64,000 bases of DNA from Candidatus Hermodarchaeota archaeon (lineage in GTDB: Archaea > Asgardarchaeota > Hermodarchaeia > Hermodarchaeales > Hermodarchaeaceae), in the NCBI GenBank assembly GCA_016839365.1, contig JAEOUH010000047.1, positions 1-64,000 on the forward strand, read 5' to 3'. Within the stretch, counting starts at the first letter, position 1, and each line of letters opens with the position of its first letter. Below the pieces are notes generated by a model that had not been told where the DNA came from, ran no database searches, and saw only the letters and a list, made by a program, of their open reading frames with translations. This document shows positions 40,162 through 52,600 of this stretch, piece after piece. The position numbers and the translations under genes are program-made.

Positions 40162-41049
40162 ATGCTATCAAAAGAAGCTAATCAGATTCCATTTGCGATA
40201 TCTATTGCCATACCAACCTCCTTCATTGACGTTGACCAAAGTCGAGAGCAACAAACCCAGCATATCGGACGAATTGCCCGAGCTGCAGCAATCTTTCAAG
40301 TCGATGATATTATCATCTATCGGGATAAGATGAATTCAAAACAAATGAAGAACCTACAGTTCGTCAGCCGGGTCCTTGAATATATGGAAACACCACAATA
40401 TCTTCGAAAACACCTCTTTGGAAAGATGCCCGATTTGCAATACGTAGGAAGCCTCCCTCCACTTCGAACACATCATCATCCTCTTGTGAAAGAATCATCG
40501 AAGCTTCGGAATGGCGAATTTCGAGAAGGGGTGGTACTTACAGCCAAAGGAAAAAATGTTGTAGATGTCGGCGTCGAATCACCTTTACCACTCTTACAAT
40601 TCAAATCCACTCATCTGCTACAACGAATCACAGTACAAATTCGAAGAGATAAATCCGGGAAAGTGACCGCACACCCGAGTTCTCCTCCTCGATCCAAACA
40701 ATATTGGGGATACTCTGTCAAGGGTGTGGAATCCTCTTTGGGTGACTTCTTGGTGAAAAAAACGAATTATCCTTTCGTTATTGCTACGAGTCGGAGAGGA
40801 AGACCAATTGCGGAAGAAGCGAGTAAAATTAGAAGTCAGTGGGAGAAATTCCATCGACTACTATTGCTTTTTGGGAGCTATAAAGAGGGGCTTGCAGAGA
40901 TTCTTCAGCGGGACCAAATTGATGTAGCCTCAGTTTCGAATCATATTATCAATCTAGTTTTCAATCAGGGCACAGCAACCATTCGAACAGAGGAGGCGGT
41001 ATTTATGGGGCTCTCCGCATTCAGATTACTTGAACAACTAAAGGATTAG
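40162..41049 (+). CDS. SPOUT-family RNA methyltransferase (MTH1/SPOUT1-like)
   Basis: GRIARAAAIFQVD, ETPQYLRK, NQGTATIRTEEA. Confidence 0.88.
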   Translation: MLSKEANQIPFAISIAIPTSFIDVDQSREQQTQHIGRIARAAAIFQVDDIIIYRDKMNSKQMKNLQFVSRVLEYMETPQYLRKHLFGKMPDLQYVGSLPPLRTHHHPLVKESSKLRNGEFREGVVLTAKGKNVVDVGVESPLPLLQFKSTHLLQRITVQIRRDKSGKVTAHPSSPPRSKQYWGYSVKGVESSLGDFLVKKTNYPFVIATSRRGRPIAEEASKIRSQWEKFHRLLLLFGSYKEGLAEILQRDQIDVASVSNHIINLVFNQGTATIRTEEAVFMGLSAFRLLEQLKD

Positions 41050-41053
41050 CAGT

Positions 41054-41587
41054 CTATACTTCTTCTTGGATTTCTATTTGATCACTGGTGGCGATGAGAA
41101 GCTCATAGGATCCTGTACCCGTGAAATAGCCATCTCGTGTAACCTGGATTGTAATGTTGTGGTATCCTGAAGAGACATTGGGAATTCGAAGATGTAACTC
41201 GGTGGGACTGGATTCTATTTTCTGAATGGTAATGTTGAGATTTCCAAGGAAAGCCTCAAGAACCGCATTCTCTGGAATTTCGTTCTTTGGAAAGCCCACG
41301 ACAACTGTTAGCTTGAGCTCTTCGCCTGGCTCTGCGACTCTGAGTTCTGGACCCAAAACCTTGACATCAATTCGATGGCTCCAGTATACATAGCTTGCAG
41401 GAAGCAAAAAAAGTAGAAATAACACGAGATAAACGAGGGCACCTTGTAGAATCGCTATGATGAGGTCGTCACGAACTACTATTGTGGGTGCGATGAAGGG
41501 AAGCAACAAGACTGCTACGGCTCCGTAGACGATAAGACTCCCACAAATTACGAGGGTTAGAGTTGAACGAGGATTACTATCTGTCAC
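41054..41587 (-). CDS. Hypothetical protein, two N-terminal TM helices plus a beta-rich domain
   Basis: ORF with hydrophobic N-terminus. Confidence 0.6.
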   Translation of the reverse strand: MTDSNPRSTLTLVICGSLIVYGAVAVLLLPFIAPTIVVRDDLIIAILQGALVYLVLFLLFLLPASYVYWSHRIDVKVLGPELRVAEPGEELKLTVVVGFPKNEIPENAVLEAFLGNLNITIQKIESSPTELHLRIPNVSSGYHNITIQVTRDGYFTGTGSYELLIATSDQIEIQEEV

Positions 41588-41696
41588 AGTTAAAGGGATG
41601 TTAATCTAATGCTAAATAGCATTTCGATTAAGCAACGAGTATTCTATTAATTTTAAAGCGAATGAATTTTCCAGACTCCCTTGAAAACGTAAAATC

Positions 41697-42005
41697 TTAC
41701 TTCAGGGTTATTTCGATGAAGACTTCATCGGGCACCCGGATTCGCATAATCTGGCGCATTGTCCTTTCATCAGCTTCTAAATCAATTAAGCGTTTGTGGA
41801 TTCGCATTTGCCAATGATCCCAAGTTGGTGTTCCTTCTCCACAAGGTGATTTTCGCGTCTGAACTTTCAGAGTCTTTGTGGGTAAAGGAATAGGACCTGA
41901 CATCTGAACACCTGTTCTGGATACAATGGATAGGACTTGGTTACAGACTTCGTTTAGCTTTGGAATGTCTGTACTGGAAAGTCGAATCCGAGCTTTCTGC
42001 GCCAT
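41697..42005 (-). CDS. rps10: 30S ribosomal protein S10
   Basis: [23 protein letters not shown]. Confidence 0.97.
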   Translation of the reverse strand: MAQKARIRLSSTDIPKLNEVCNQVLSIVSRTGVQMSGPIPLPTKTLKVQTRKSPCGEGTPTWDHWQMRIHKRLIDLEADERTMRQIMRIRVPDEVFIEITLK

Positions 42006-42149
42006 ATTAACTACACCAAATTGACTTGGGAATCAACCCGAATGTTTGCTCCCTTTTAACTTTTTTTGCACACCGAAAGCGTATCCAATTGATGCACCTT
42101 GGAGAATAGAAAAAGAAAGGGAAGAAGAATAGTGATAGCAGGGCTACCT

Positions 42150-43451
42150 CTACTTCTTCTCCTCGGTGATTTTTCGAACAACGCCTACAGCAACTGTTCG
42201 TCCACTATCCCGGATTGCAAAGCGACCTAACTGTTTCATATCTGCATAGGTCTCCAGACAGATTGGGGTAACAGGTCGGAGTTTTACTAGTGCAGATTCG
42301 CCTTGCTTAATGAAGTCGGGTTTCTCTTGTACCGTTTCTCCGGTTCGCGGATCAATCTTAGCGACGATTTCAGTGAAGGTGGCTGCTACTTGGGCGGTGT
42401 GTGCGTGCAAAACAGGAGTATATCCTGCAGCAAGAGCACGGGGGTGGAAAATAACGATGATTTGCCCCTCGAACTCAGACACAACGCGTGGTGGCTTATC
42501 GAGATGCCCCATCACATCGCCACGGCGAATCTCACCTTTCCCGATACCTCGGACATTGAATCCGATATTGTCACCAGGTTCAGCGCTGTCCAAGCGTTCG
42601 TGGTGCATTTCAATGGTCTTAATTTCACCTTCTTTGCCAGGTGGCATGAAGATGACTTTGTCACCGATTTTCATTTTTCCAGTTTCAACCCGCCCCACAG
42701 GAACTGTGCCAACACCTGTGATGGTGTACACGTCCTGAACAGGAACCCGAAGGGGTTGATCAACGGGTTTGGGTGGAAGGACAAATTCATCAATTGCTTC
42801 AAGCAACGATGGTCCCTTGTACCATTCCATGTTAGAGCTGGCTTCAGTCAACAGATCACCGGTCCATGCAGATACAGGAACAAAGTTGATCTTGCTTGGG
42901 TCAAACTGTGCACCTTTCAACAGGTCTGAGACTTCAGACTTGATCTCTTCGTACCGATCTTTCGACCAGGCGGGTGTTGAGTCATCCATTTTGTTGACGG
43001 CAACGACAAGCTGCTCGATGCCCAGAGTTCGTGCGAGGAAAGCGTGCTCGCGCGTCTGACCACCAGCACCCACGCCAGCTTCAAACTCACCCTTACGCGC
43101 TGAAACCACTAGAATTGCAGCATCAGCTTGACTGGCTCCGGTAATCATGTTCTTGATGAAGTCAGCGTGACCCGGAGCGTCAATAATAGTGAAATAGTGT
43201 TTCTGGGTCTCAAATCGGCGGAACGCAAGGTCAATGGTCAGCCCACGTTCCCGCTCTTCTTTGAGACGGTCCATCACGTAAGCGAACTTGAAGGATCCTC
43301 GATCCATCTCTTCGGCCAGCTTCTCGAGCTTTGCCATCTCTTGTTTTGATAATGCTCCAGTCTTGTAGAGCATGTGCCCCATCAACGTTGATTTACCATG
43401 GTCTACATGACCGATGATAATTAGGTTGATGTGTGGTTTCTTTTCCGACAT
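42150..43451 (-). CDS. tuf: Elongation factor 1-alpha
   Basis: GHVDHGKST, DAPGH, NKMD, LGRFAIRD; start set at MSEKKPH. Confidence 0.97.
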   Translation of the reverse strand: MSEKKPHINLIIIGHVDHGKSTLMGHMLYKTGALSKQEMAKLEKLAEEMDRGSFKFAYVMDRLKEERERGLTIDLAFRRFETQKHYFTIIDAPGHADFIKNMITGASQADAAILVVSARKGEFEAGVGAGGQTREHAFLARTLGIEQLVVAVNKMDDSTPAWSKDRYEEIKSEVSDLLKGAQFDPSKINFVPVSAWTGDLLTEASSNMEWYKGPSLLEAIDEFVLPPKPVDQPLRVPVQDVYTITGVGTVPVGRVETGKMKIGDKVIFMPPGKEGEIKTIEMHHERLDSAEPGDNIGFNVRGIGKGEIRRGDVMGHLDKPPRVVSEFEGQIIVIFHPRALAAGYTPVLHAHTAQVAATFTEIVAKIDPRTGETVQEKPDFIKQGESALVKLRPVTPICLETYADMKQLGRFAIRDSGRTVAVGVVRKITEEKK

Positions 43452-43612
43452 TGTATTCAACTCGTTTTTTGCTAACTTAAGCTGGCATAAAATATGCAGG
43501 TTATGGCACATCAAGTGGGGCGTATAAAACTCTTTTGGCGTTATGGGTTCCCAGAAGGGTTCGAAAACCTGTTAGATGCCTTGTGAGATTGTCAATGTGG
43601 GAAAGGGTATTC

Positions 43613-44251
43613 CTAGCGGGCTGAGAGTGCCATGCGTTCTTTTTCTTCTCGTCGTCGTACGGCGTTGCTTCGAGAGTCGCCACTTGCAGCGGCGATGAGT
43701 TCATCTGCGATGATCTCTTCGATGGCTTCAATGGTACTGAAGCTTCGACGCCAGATGCTTTCGGAGATGAATCGAAGTGCCAAATCGATGCGACGGAGCG
43801 GAGCGACATCGCAGGCGGTGTGGTAACTTATCCCACCATATGAAATCCGCGTGGTTTCTTCACGAGGAGCTGTGTTTTCGATTGCTTCGATTAGAATTTG
43901 GAGTGGATTCTGATTAGTTCGTAGATGTATTACTTCGAAGGCAGACCGGACTATTCGGATGACAGTGGATTTTTTCCCAGTGATGAGTCCGGATTGTCGT
44001 GCGCTTTGACTTCGTCGGCTGGCCCAACCAGGTGTCATGATGCGGTTAATGAACCGTTCGACAATTGGAACTTGGCGTTTTCCAAACCGCCGATGTTCGT
44101 GACGACCGAAAGTGTGGGGGACAATTACTGGACTAAGGCTAATGTATTTTGCTAGGCCCTGATCGCGGATTTGGATATCTTTTGTGCTCCAGCGACCAAG
44201 CACTTTGATTTCAGGAAAAGTTGTTGTCGGATTGGGAGTTTCAGCACTCAT
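43613..44251 (-). CDS. rps7: 30S ribosomal protein S7
   Basis: PHTFGRH, NPLQIL..AIEN.APREE, DVAPLRR; start set at MSAETP. Confidence 0.96.
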   Translation of the reverse strand: MSAETPNPTTTFPEIKVLGRWSTKDIQIRDQGLAKYISLSPVIVPHTFGRHEHRRFGKRQVPIVERFINRIMTPGWASRRSQSARQSGLITGKKSTVIRIVRSAFEVIHLRTNQNPLQILIEAIENTAPREETTRISYGGISYHTACDVAPLRRIDLALRFISESIWRRSFSTIEAIEEIIADELIAAASGDSRSNAVRRREEKERMALSAR

Positions 44252-44271
44252 CTTTGATTTACACCTTTGGG

Positions 44272-44715
44272 CTAGCGTTGTGGTTTTTCGACCTTGCCAA
44301 TAATCATGGCTTCGAGAGATGCACCATTGCACTTGACAACTTTCCACCGAACACCGGGAAGGTCTCCAAATGATCTTCCGCGAGCGCCTCCAATTCCTTC
44401 GACGATGACTTCGTCGTGTTCATCGACATAAGTGAGTGCACCATCACCAGGGAGAAAGGCTGTGATTTGCCTGCCATTGCGAATTAATTGTACGCGCACA
44501 CATTTGCGGATTGCTGAGTTTGGTTGTTTTGATTCAATACCCACTTTCTCTAAAACGATGGCACGTGCTTGTGGGCTTCCTTCAAGTGGGTCGGCCTTGA
44601 CATCAAGGCGTAACATCCGCCGTTTATAATATCGATCTTTCCAGCGGAACTTCTTACGCTTTTTCTTCAGGGTGCGGCCAGCAAATTCTCCTGATGGTGA
44701 TTTTGATCCAGGCAA
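44272..44715 (-). CDS. rps12: 30S ribosomal protein S12
   Basis: [25 protein letters not shown]. Confidence 0.97.
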   Translation of the reverse strand: MPGSKSPSGEFAGRTLKKKRKKFRWKDRYYKRRMLRLDVKADPLEGSPQARAIVLEKVGIESKQPNSAIRKCVRVQLIRNGRQITAFLPGDGALTYVDEHDEVIVEGIGGARGRSFGDLPGVRWKVVKCNGASLEAMIIGKVEKPQR

Positions 44716-44800
44716 TCTCACTTTTCCTCGTAATTATGTAGGGTGCTGCGATTCCGTGAAGGAGCTTAAAACTTTTGTCATCTATCGGTTGATGCGAAGG

Positions 44801-45265
44801 TTATCCAGAGGTTTCAGGGGTTGGTTCGGTAATAATAATCGCATCAATACCATGATGACGCTTTGCCAGAAGCCGAGCTCGTTCTATATTACGGCCATTT
44901 CTACCAATCACGCGCCCCCGGTTCTCACTATTAACAGTGACAACAGCAACGCGGCGTCCTTTAGATTGTTCTTGGACATCGACGGTAGAGACTTTTGCAG
45001 GGGCTAGTGCATTGCGTACGAATGACTCGGGTGTGTCAGCATCTTCCACAACATCAATATCACGTTTGAGCATGGTTCTCGCTCGTTTTATGGTCATGCC
45101 CCGGCGACCAATAGCTAATCCAAGATGCCCTGGACTCACTACGAATATGATGCGTTCTCCATCTTGATCGACGACACAGTCTTTGACCTCAGCGCCTGTG
45201 ATGTCACTGAAGAGTGCCATCAGTTTGATTTCTTCAATGTTCAATTTTATGTCAGAGGTCGTCAC
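44801..45265 (-). CDS. nusA: Archaeal NusA (KH domains)
   Basis: AIGRRG and VIGRNG KH motifs; conserved operon position. Confidence 0.93.
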   Translation of the reverse strand: MTTSDIKLNIEEIKLMALFSDITGAEVKDCVVDQDGERIIFVVSPGHLGLAIGRRGMTIKRARTMLKRDIDVVEDADTPESFVRNALAPAKVSTVDVQEQSKGRRVAVVTVNSENRGRVIGRNGRNIERARLLAKRHHGIDAIIITEPTPETSG

Positions 45266-45573
45266 TTCTTACTCGCCTCAGTTAGAGCAGAAATGTCTGC
45301 ATCTCCTGGCTCTAATACAGCCATTGCAGCCACCATATGTGGGCGTCCACATATTTGGCCTAAATCCCAACTGTTACTTTGAAATTCATGAATCGGCACT
45401 CTGTTTGCTTTTGCGAGCATATCAACTTCGGTAATCACTTCACTTGGCGCATTTGCTGCCAAGATGACTACACGAGGAGAGCCTGTTCGGAGTAAATGAA
45501 GTGTGCGATTAGCTCCGAACACAGTTTTTCCGGACTTCACAGCTAATCTTATTGCAGTTTCAGCATCCATCAA
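45262..45573 (-). CDS. rpl30e: 50S ribosomal protein L30e
   Basis: AVKSGK..FG, LGQICGRPH, EPGDADI. Confidence 0.95.
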   Translation of the reverse strand: MMDAETAIRLAVKSGKTVFGANRTLHLLRTGSPRVVILAANAPSEVITEVDMLAKANRVPIHEFQSNSWDLGQICGRPHMVAAMAVLEPGDADISALTEASKK

Positions 45574-45777
45574 GAATCACTCTTTAGTTTTCTTATTGCA
45601 TGCATTACGTCTTGTAATGAAGCTTGCAACACACCGTCGCATATAAGAGCTACGGAAGCGAATTGCGCGTTTGGCAGAATTTCTACGCTCCCTTTTAAGT
45701 TCTGTGCACACTCCGTTAAACTTCTAGCCATTTACATAAAATGACATCACAGAGGGGTTTATACACCCGCAATGGTG

Positions 45778-46992
<1,215 letters not shown>

Positions 46993-49641
46993 TCACTTCT
47001 CCTGGCTTAAAACGCGTTCAATGATTACATCAAGATTTACAGCCTTGCCATGATCGCTTCGAGCGGGGTCAACGCCATCTTCGCCATATTTGAATTGGAT
47101 GATTTCTCCGTTTGAATTTCGTACAGTGCCATCGTATTCGACTTTGATGTCTTGGAGCGCATTGATGAGTCGGCGTTGCATATACCCACTAGTGCTGGTT
47201 CGAACAGCAGTATCCACTAGACCTTCTCGACCTCCCATTGCATGGAAGAAGAATTCGATGGGGTTCAATCCTTTTCGGTAACTGGCAACCACAAATCCTC
47301 GAGCTTGTGGAGACAAATCGCCTTGAACAAAGTGGGGGAGCGTTCGCCTCCGATACCCTCGGGAGATCCGTTGACCACGAACCGCTTGTTGTCCAACACT
47401 GGCAGCCATTTGTGCCAAGTTAAGTGGGTTACCTTTCGCACCTGTGCCAGTCATTATTACCGCATGCTTATCAAGTCCAAGTTGTTGTGCCGCCACTTCG
47501 CCGGCTTCATCACGTGCACGAGCAAGAATCTCAATCATTTTCATTTCGAAGGTTTCCTCAATTGAACGACCTGGAAGCCGCTGAAGTTCATCTGCTTCAT
47601 AGATTTGAACTAACTGACTCCCTTCTTCTTCTGCGTCCTTGAGAATCTGTTCAATTTGACGTATGGCAGTTGGTGTGAGAATGACATCATCAATTCCCAT
47701 GCTAAAGCCCATGTTGGTGATGAGGACTACAAGCAGGGGACAGATGGCGTCGAGAAATCGTCGAGCTGCAGAGTTTCCATAGTCCTTTGCGATTCTGTGT
47801 AGAACACTTTCAGGTTGTGCAGCTCCGATTGCCTTCTTATCAATTACACCGGTTAATAGCTGACCGTCGCGAATGAGCACGTAGGCATCATATGGGCATT
47901 TTTCTTTTTGGCACTTATCGCATTTTTGGCAAATTCGGGCTTTCAAAGATAGGTTCAGACCCTTTGGCAACAGCATGCTAAAGATTTGTTTCCCGGTCCA
48001 CATGGGTTCAGGATCTTTGATGGTGGGTGGTGGAAGGTCTTCCCGGTAGCCAGCTGAAGCTAAAAGCTGGCAGGTTTGGCGTTTGTTGAATATCGAGCTC
48101 TTTCGCGTAAGTAAGAAAGCAGAAGATATGTAGTCTTGAATCCCACCGATGATAGGGCCACCATAACGAGGGCTAAGAATCTGCTCTTGAACTAGCATTA
48201 GGATTCGAGCTTCAGCCCGAGCCTCTTCGCTTTGAGGAACATGGAGGTTCATTTCGTCGCCATCGAAATCTGCGTTATAAGGCGGGCAGACAACAAGGTG
48301 AAGCCGAAATGTCCGGTATTCCATTACCTTCACTTCGTGGGCCATGATAGACATGCGGTGAAGTGACGGCTGTCGGTTGAAGAGAACAATATCCCCTGAC
48401 CGAAGGTGTCTTTCAATCACGTAGCCTGGAGCCAATCCATCAGCGTTTGTCTTCCGATCTTTTACATAGCGTAGATCAATTCGTTTCCCATCAGGACGCA
48501 CAACATAATTACATCCGGGATAACCCTGAGGACCCTCAAGGACGAGTTCCCGCATATCTTCGATATTCCATTCGGTGACCCGCTCAGGAACTGTTAGGGT
48601 TTTGGCAATTTCTAAAGGAACACCCACTTCATTGATGGATAGGTTAGGATCAGGCGAAATTACTGTTCGGGCTGAGAAGTCGACACGTTTTCCGGAAAGA
48701 TTGCTTCGGAATCGTCCTTCCTTTCCTTTTAATCGTTGAGCTAATGTTCGTAAGGCACGGCCTGATCGATGGCGCGCTGGTGGAATGCCGGAGACTTCAT
48801 TGTTGAAATATGTGGTTATATGATATTGAAGCAGCTCCCAAAGGTCTTCCACAATCAGTTGTGGTGCGCCAGCTTCGATGTTTTCCCTGAGTCGTTGATT
48901 AATTCGGATGACATCCACAAGCTTGTGTGTAAGGTCATCTTCTGATTTTACACCAGATTCTAATGTGATGGACGGACGAACGGCTACTGGAGGTACAGGT
49001 TGGACAGTGAGAATCATCCATTCGGCCTTTGAGACACGGGTGTCGATGCCCATGAGGAAGGCATCTTCAGGGGTGATTCGTTCCAGTCGGTCGCGAACAT
49101 CAGTAGGCGTTAGACGGACACTGCCTTCCATCTTCTCTTCGTAGAAGGTTGTTGGTTTTTCGAACTTAATCTTGTATTGTTCGGCCTCGCAGTGGGGGCA
49201 GGTGGTGGCTTTTCCAGCTTCTTTTAGGACTTCATCAGCGATAACTTGGTCTAAATGACCGAATTTTTCAAAGTGCATATCAACTCGATTTTTGTATGTT
49301 TCTCGAGATTCCTCTTTCAGTTTTAATCGAGCACAGCGTCTACAGAGTGCCTTGAGGAATTTCTTAATCTCCTTCGCGAAACTGACGTGCACGACGGGGC
49401 GAGCCAGTTCAATGTGGCCAAAGTGACCGGGACATTCGCCGACTCGATTTCCACAGGATTTGCAGCGCTGACCAGGTTCAATTGTGCCTAGTTTGGGATC
49501 CATCAGTCCAGAGGATATGGGAAGACCATCTTCGTCGTAGGTGTCAGCTGTAATAACCTGTGTTACACTCATTTTACGAATTATCTCAGGGGAGAGAAGG
49601 CCGAACCAGACGCTTCCAATCTGTTTGAGTGGGTGTGACAT
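46993..49641 (-). CDS. rpoA1: RNA polymerase subunit A' (Rpo1N)
   Basis: YNADFDGDEMN, GGREGLVDTAVRT. Confidence 0.97.
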   Translation of the reverse strand: MSHPLKQIGSVWFGLLSPEIIRKMSVTQVITADTYDEDGLPISSGLMDPKLGTIEPGQRCKSCGNRVGECPGHFGHIELARPVVHVSFAKEIKKFLKALCRRCARLKLKEESRETYKNRVDMHFEKFGHLDQVIADEVLKEAGKATTCPHCEAEQYKIKFEKPTTFYEEKMEGSVRLTPTDVRDRLERITPEDAFLMGIDTRVSKAEWMILTVQPVPPVAVRPSITLESGVKSEDDLTHKLVDVIRINQRLRENIEAGAPQLIVEDLWELLQYHITTYFNNEVSGIPPARHRSGRALRTLAQRLKGKEGRFRSNLSGKRVDFSARTVISPDPNLSINEVGVPLEIAKTLTVPERVTEWNIEDMRELVLEGPQGYPGCNYVVRPDGKRIDLRYVKDRKTNADGLAPGYVIERHLRSGDIVLFNRQPSLHRMSIMAHEVKVMEYRTFRLHLVVCPPYNADFDGDEMNLHVPQSEEARAEARILMLVQEQILSPRYGGPIIGGIQDYISSAFLLTRKSSIFNKRQTCQLLASAGYREDLPPPTIKDPEPMWTGKQIFSMLLPKGLNLSLKARICQKCDKCQKEKCPYDAYVLIRDGQLLTGVIDKKAIGAAQPESVLHRIAKDYGNSAARRFLDAICPLLVVLITNMGFSMGIDDVILTPTAIRQIEQILKDAEEEGSQLVQIYEADELQRLPGRSIEETFEMKMIEILARARDEAGEVAAQQLGLDKHAVIMTGTGAKGNPLNLAQMAASVGQQAVRGQRISRGYRRRTLPHFVQGDLSPQARGFVVASYRKGLNPIEFFFHAMGGREGLVDTAVRTSTSGYMQRRLINALQDIKVEYDGTVRNSNGEIIQFKYGEDGVDPARSDHGKAVNLDVIIERVLSQEK

Positions 49642-49656
49642 TGTTTTTTCCTCTTA

Positions 49657-52600
49657 TCATGTCCTGTCAGTTAATTTCAGTCGAGGCCATATGCCAAGTG
49701 ATATGAGCTCTTGTATGACGAGTTTGAATGCATAGGACATTTCAACTCGACTAATTGTGGTTGTTTTAGGTGCACAGACACGGCATCGGAACCGATCACG
49801 ATTTCGATCATATTCGGCCAGCATACCACATTCTTCGCAAACCATCGCCGTGTATTTGTCAGATTCTTCTAATAATCGTTCGCGGAGTAGTAGTGCTGCT
49901 CCATGGCCAATTAAACAGTCTCGCTCCATTTCACCAAAGCGCAGTCCACCCTCTCGTGCTCGGCCTTCGGTGGGCTGGCGTGTTAGAATTTGCACTGGAC
50001 CACGGGCACGGGCATGCATCTTATCTGCAACAAGATGGTGGAGTTTCTGATAGTAAACCACGCCGACGAATAGGTCAACGTCATATTTGTGGCCTGTTAC
50101 CCCATTATACATCGTTTCTCGCCCGCTATATTTGAATCCAAGATTGTGGAGATCTTGGAACATTTGATCTAGCTTCTTTCCAGAGAATGGTGTGCCGTCG
50201 ATTGGTTGTCCTTGTAAGCAGCCGATTTTACCGCCCATGGATTCAAGGATTTGTCCAAGAGTCATCCGACTGGGGAAGGCATGAGCATTGACTACGAGGT
50301 CGGGTACGATGCCTGATTCGGTAAATGGCATGTCTTCTTGGGGGGCGAGGAGTCCAATGACACCTTTTTGTCCATGGCGGCTAGCAAATTTATCGCCTAA
50401 TTCGGGTATGCGTTCATCCCTGACTTTTACTTTGACTAAGCGGTTCCCGTCAATCGTTTCTGTTATGAGCACTTTATCGATTGTGCCCTCTTCCCCATGA
50501 CGAAGGCTGATTGATGTTTCACGGCGTTTGGGTCCAGGGACTTCAAGTTCAGTATATTCTTCTAAGAACCGTGGAGGACTGGTTCGTCCGATGAGGATTT
50601 CATCGCCGGCAACTTGGAATTCAGGTTCGATGACACCATCTTCACTGAGCAGTCGATAGGCTTCTGATGCCCGATATCCACGCACTTCGCGGCTGGGAAT
50701 TTCAAATTTGTCTTCTTGGCCACCCGGATACTTACGTTCCTCGGCGTCATAGCTTCGAAAGAAGGAAGATCGTGCAATACCCCGTTCAATAGAAGCTTTG
50801 TTGAGCACTAGGGCGTCTTCGATGTTGTAGCCTTGGAAGGAGTGGATGGCTACAATGAAGTTTTGCCCTGCAGGGCGTCGATGATACCCAATTACTTCCA
50901 TTGGTCGAGTTGTGACAATGGGGCTTTGAACATAATGTAGAATGTGACTACGGGTGTCCACTCGAAGACTAAAGTTCGCTGAATAGAGCCCGAGAGCTTG
51001 TTTAGCCATACCTGCTTCGTAGGTGTTGCGTGGGGATTGGTTGTGCTCAGCAAAGGGGACAAGACTTGCACATATGCCTAAAATCGTTTCAGGGACAATT
51101 TCGAGATGAGTGTGTTCTGGTGTTATATCCTCCAGATTCATGGCGATAAGGGTGTTTTCTTCTTCTTCTGCATCAAGGTATTCGATTATCCCTGCTTTTA
51201 CTAGGTCATCCCAAGAAATCTCACGATTCCGTACGCGCTCTATATGTTGCTTTTCAAGAAGCGGAGAACCATCTTTGACGATGATAAGGGGACGACGAAC
51301 GCGCCCCGCATCAGAGTTTATTTCCACCTCATTGGTATCGGGATAGAAAGCAACGTTCACCTGATCGCTGAGCTCGTTCCGTTGGCGGCGATCCCGAAGA
51401 CGAGTAACTAATAACTCGGGTTGTGAATGGTTGCCAACAAATCGGCCATTTAGATAAACGTAAGCGCCCTTCTTAGCCGTGTCCGCTTTAGCATCTATTG
51501 GCTGGACTTTAAGGGATAAGAGAGCTTCTTCCACTTCGGCTTCGTCAGAACCTACTGAAATATATGACATTAAGGCGAGGTTCTTTACAAGTCCACAGTT
51601 GGGACCTTCAGGGGTCTCATTTGGACAGATTTTGCCCCAATGGGTGGGATGCAGGTCCCGGGCTTCGAAGTGTGGTTGGCTGCGACTGAGGGGCGATACT
51701 ACGCGGCGAAGGTGGCTGATTGATGACATGTAGTTAACGCGATCAAGTAGCTGACTCACTCCTGCCTTTCCACCAACCCAGTTCCCTGTGGCAAGGGCAT
51801 GGCGTAGCCTTTCGGTAATCACGTCGGCTCTTACGGCGGTTTTGATATTGGGTTTGCGGCCTCGCGTGGCGGTACGTTCAAGCTGATATTTGATGTCGCG
51901 GCAAAGATTGAGGAATGCTACTCGAAACAGGCTAGTCAACAGGTCTCCGGCAAGTTTGAGCCGTTTATTCGCATAGTGGTCTTTGTCATCTTGATTTCGT
52001 TGATTGACACTAAGTTCAAGAAGGCGCTGGGTCATTTGACCCACATAATGGGCCTTACTCACTGCAGACCCTGTATCTGTTCCAACGTGAGGTAGCAGGT
52101 AGCGGTTGAGAACCTGTTCGGCTCGACGAAGGCGGTAATCCTTGGTTTGGCCAACAGCAACCCGTTTACCAATATAATCCAAGGCATTTTCACGAGTAGT
52201 TTGGGGGTCCTTCGGAGCCACTAATGATTCCGCCGCATGAAAACTAGGAATTAGTTCTTGCGCGATTGCTGGGTCATCAGTGATTGCTGAAACGATTTCG
52301 CGATCGGTTACCAGACCTAGGGCCCGCATCAGAACGACTAGGGGAATCTTCCCTGGTACTGATGGAAATGATACACGAAACGTATGATCAGCCCGTCGTT
52401 CCATGGTCACCGGCGCCCGAAATCCTCGGGCTGTTGAGAACACCTTAGCCATGTGTGTACACGAGCTGCTACTTGTCGCTTCCTCAATGAGGATACGGTT
52501 CGGGGCGAGATCTTCCTGTGTGACAAGCACACGCTCTGACCCGTTAATGATGAAATAGCCGCCAGGGTCGTTTGGATCTTCACCGGCTTCAACAAGTTCT

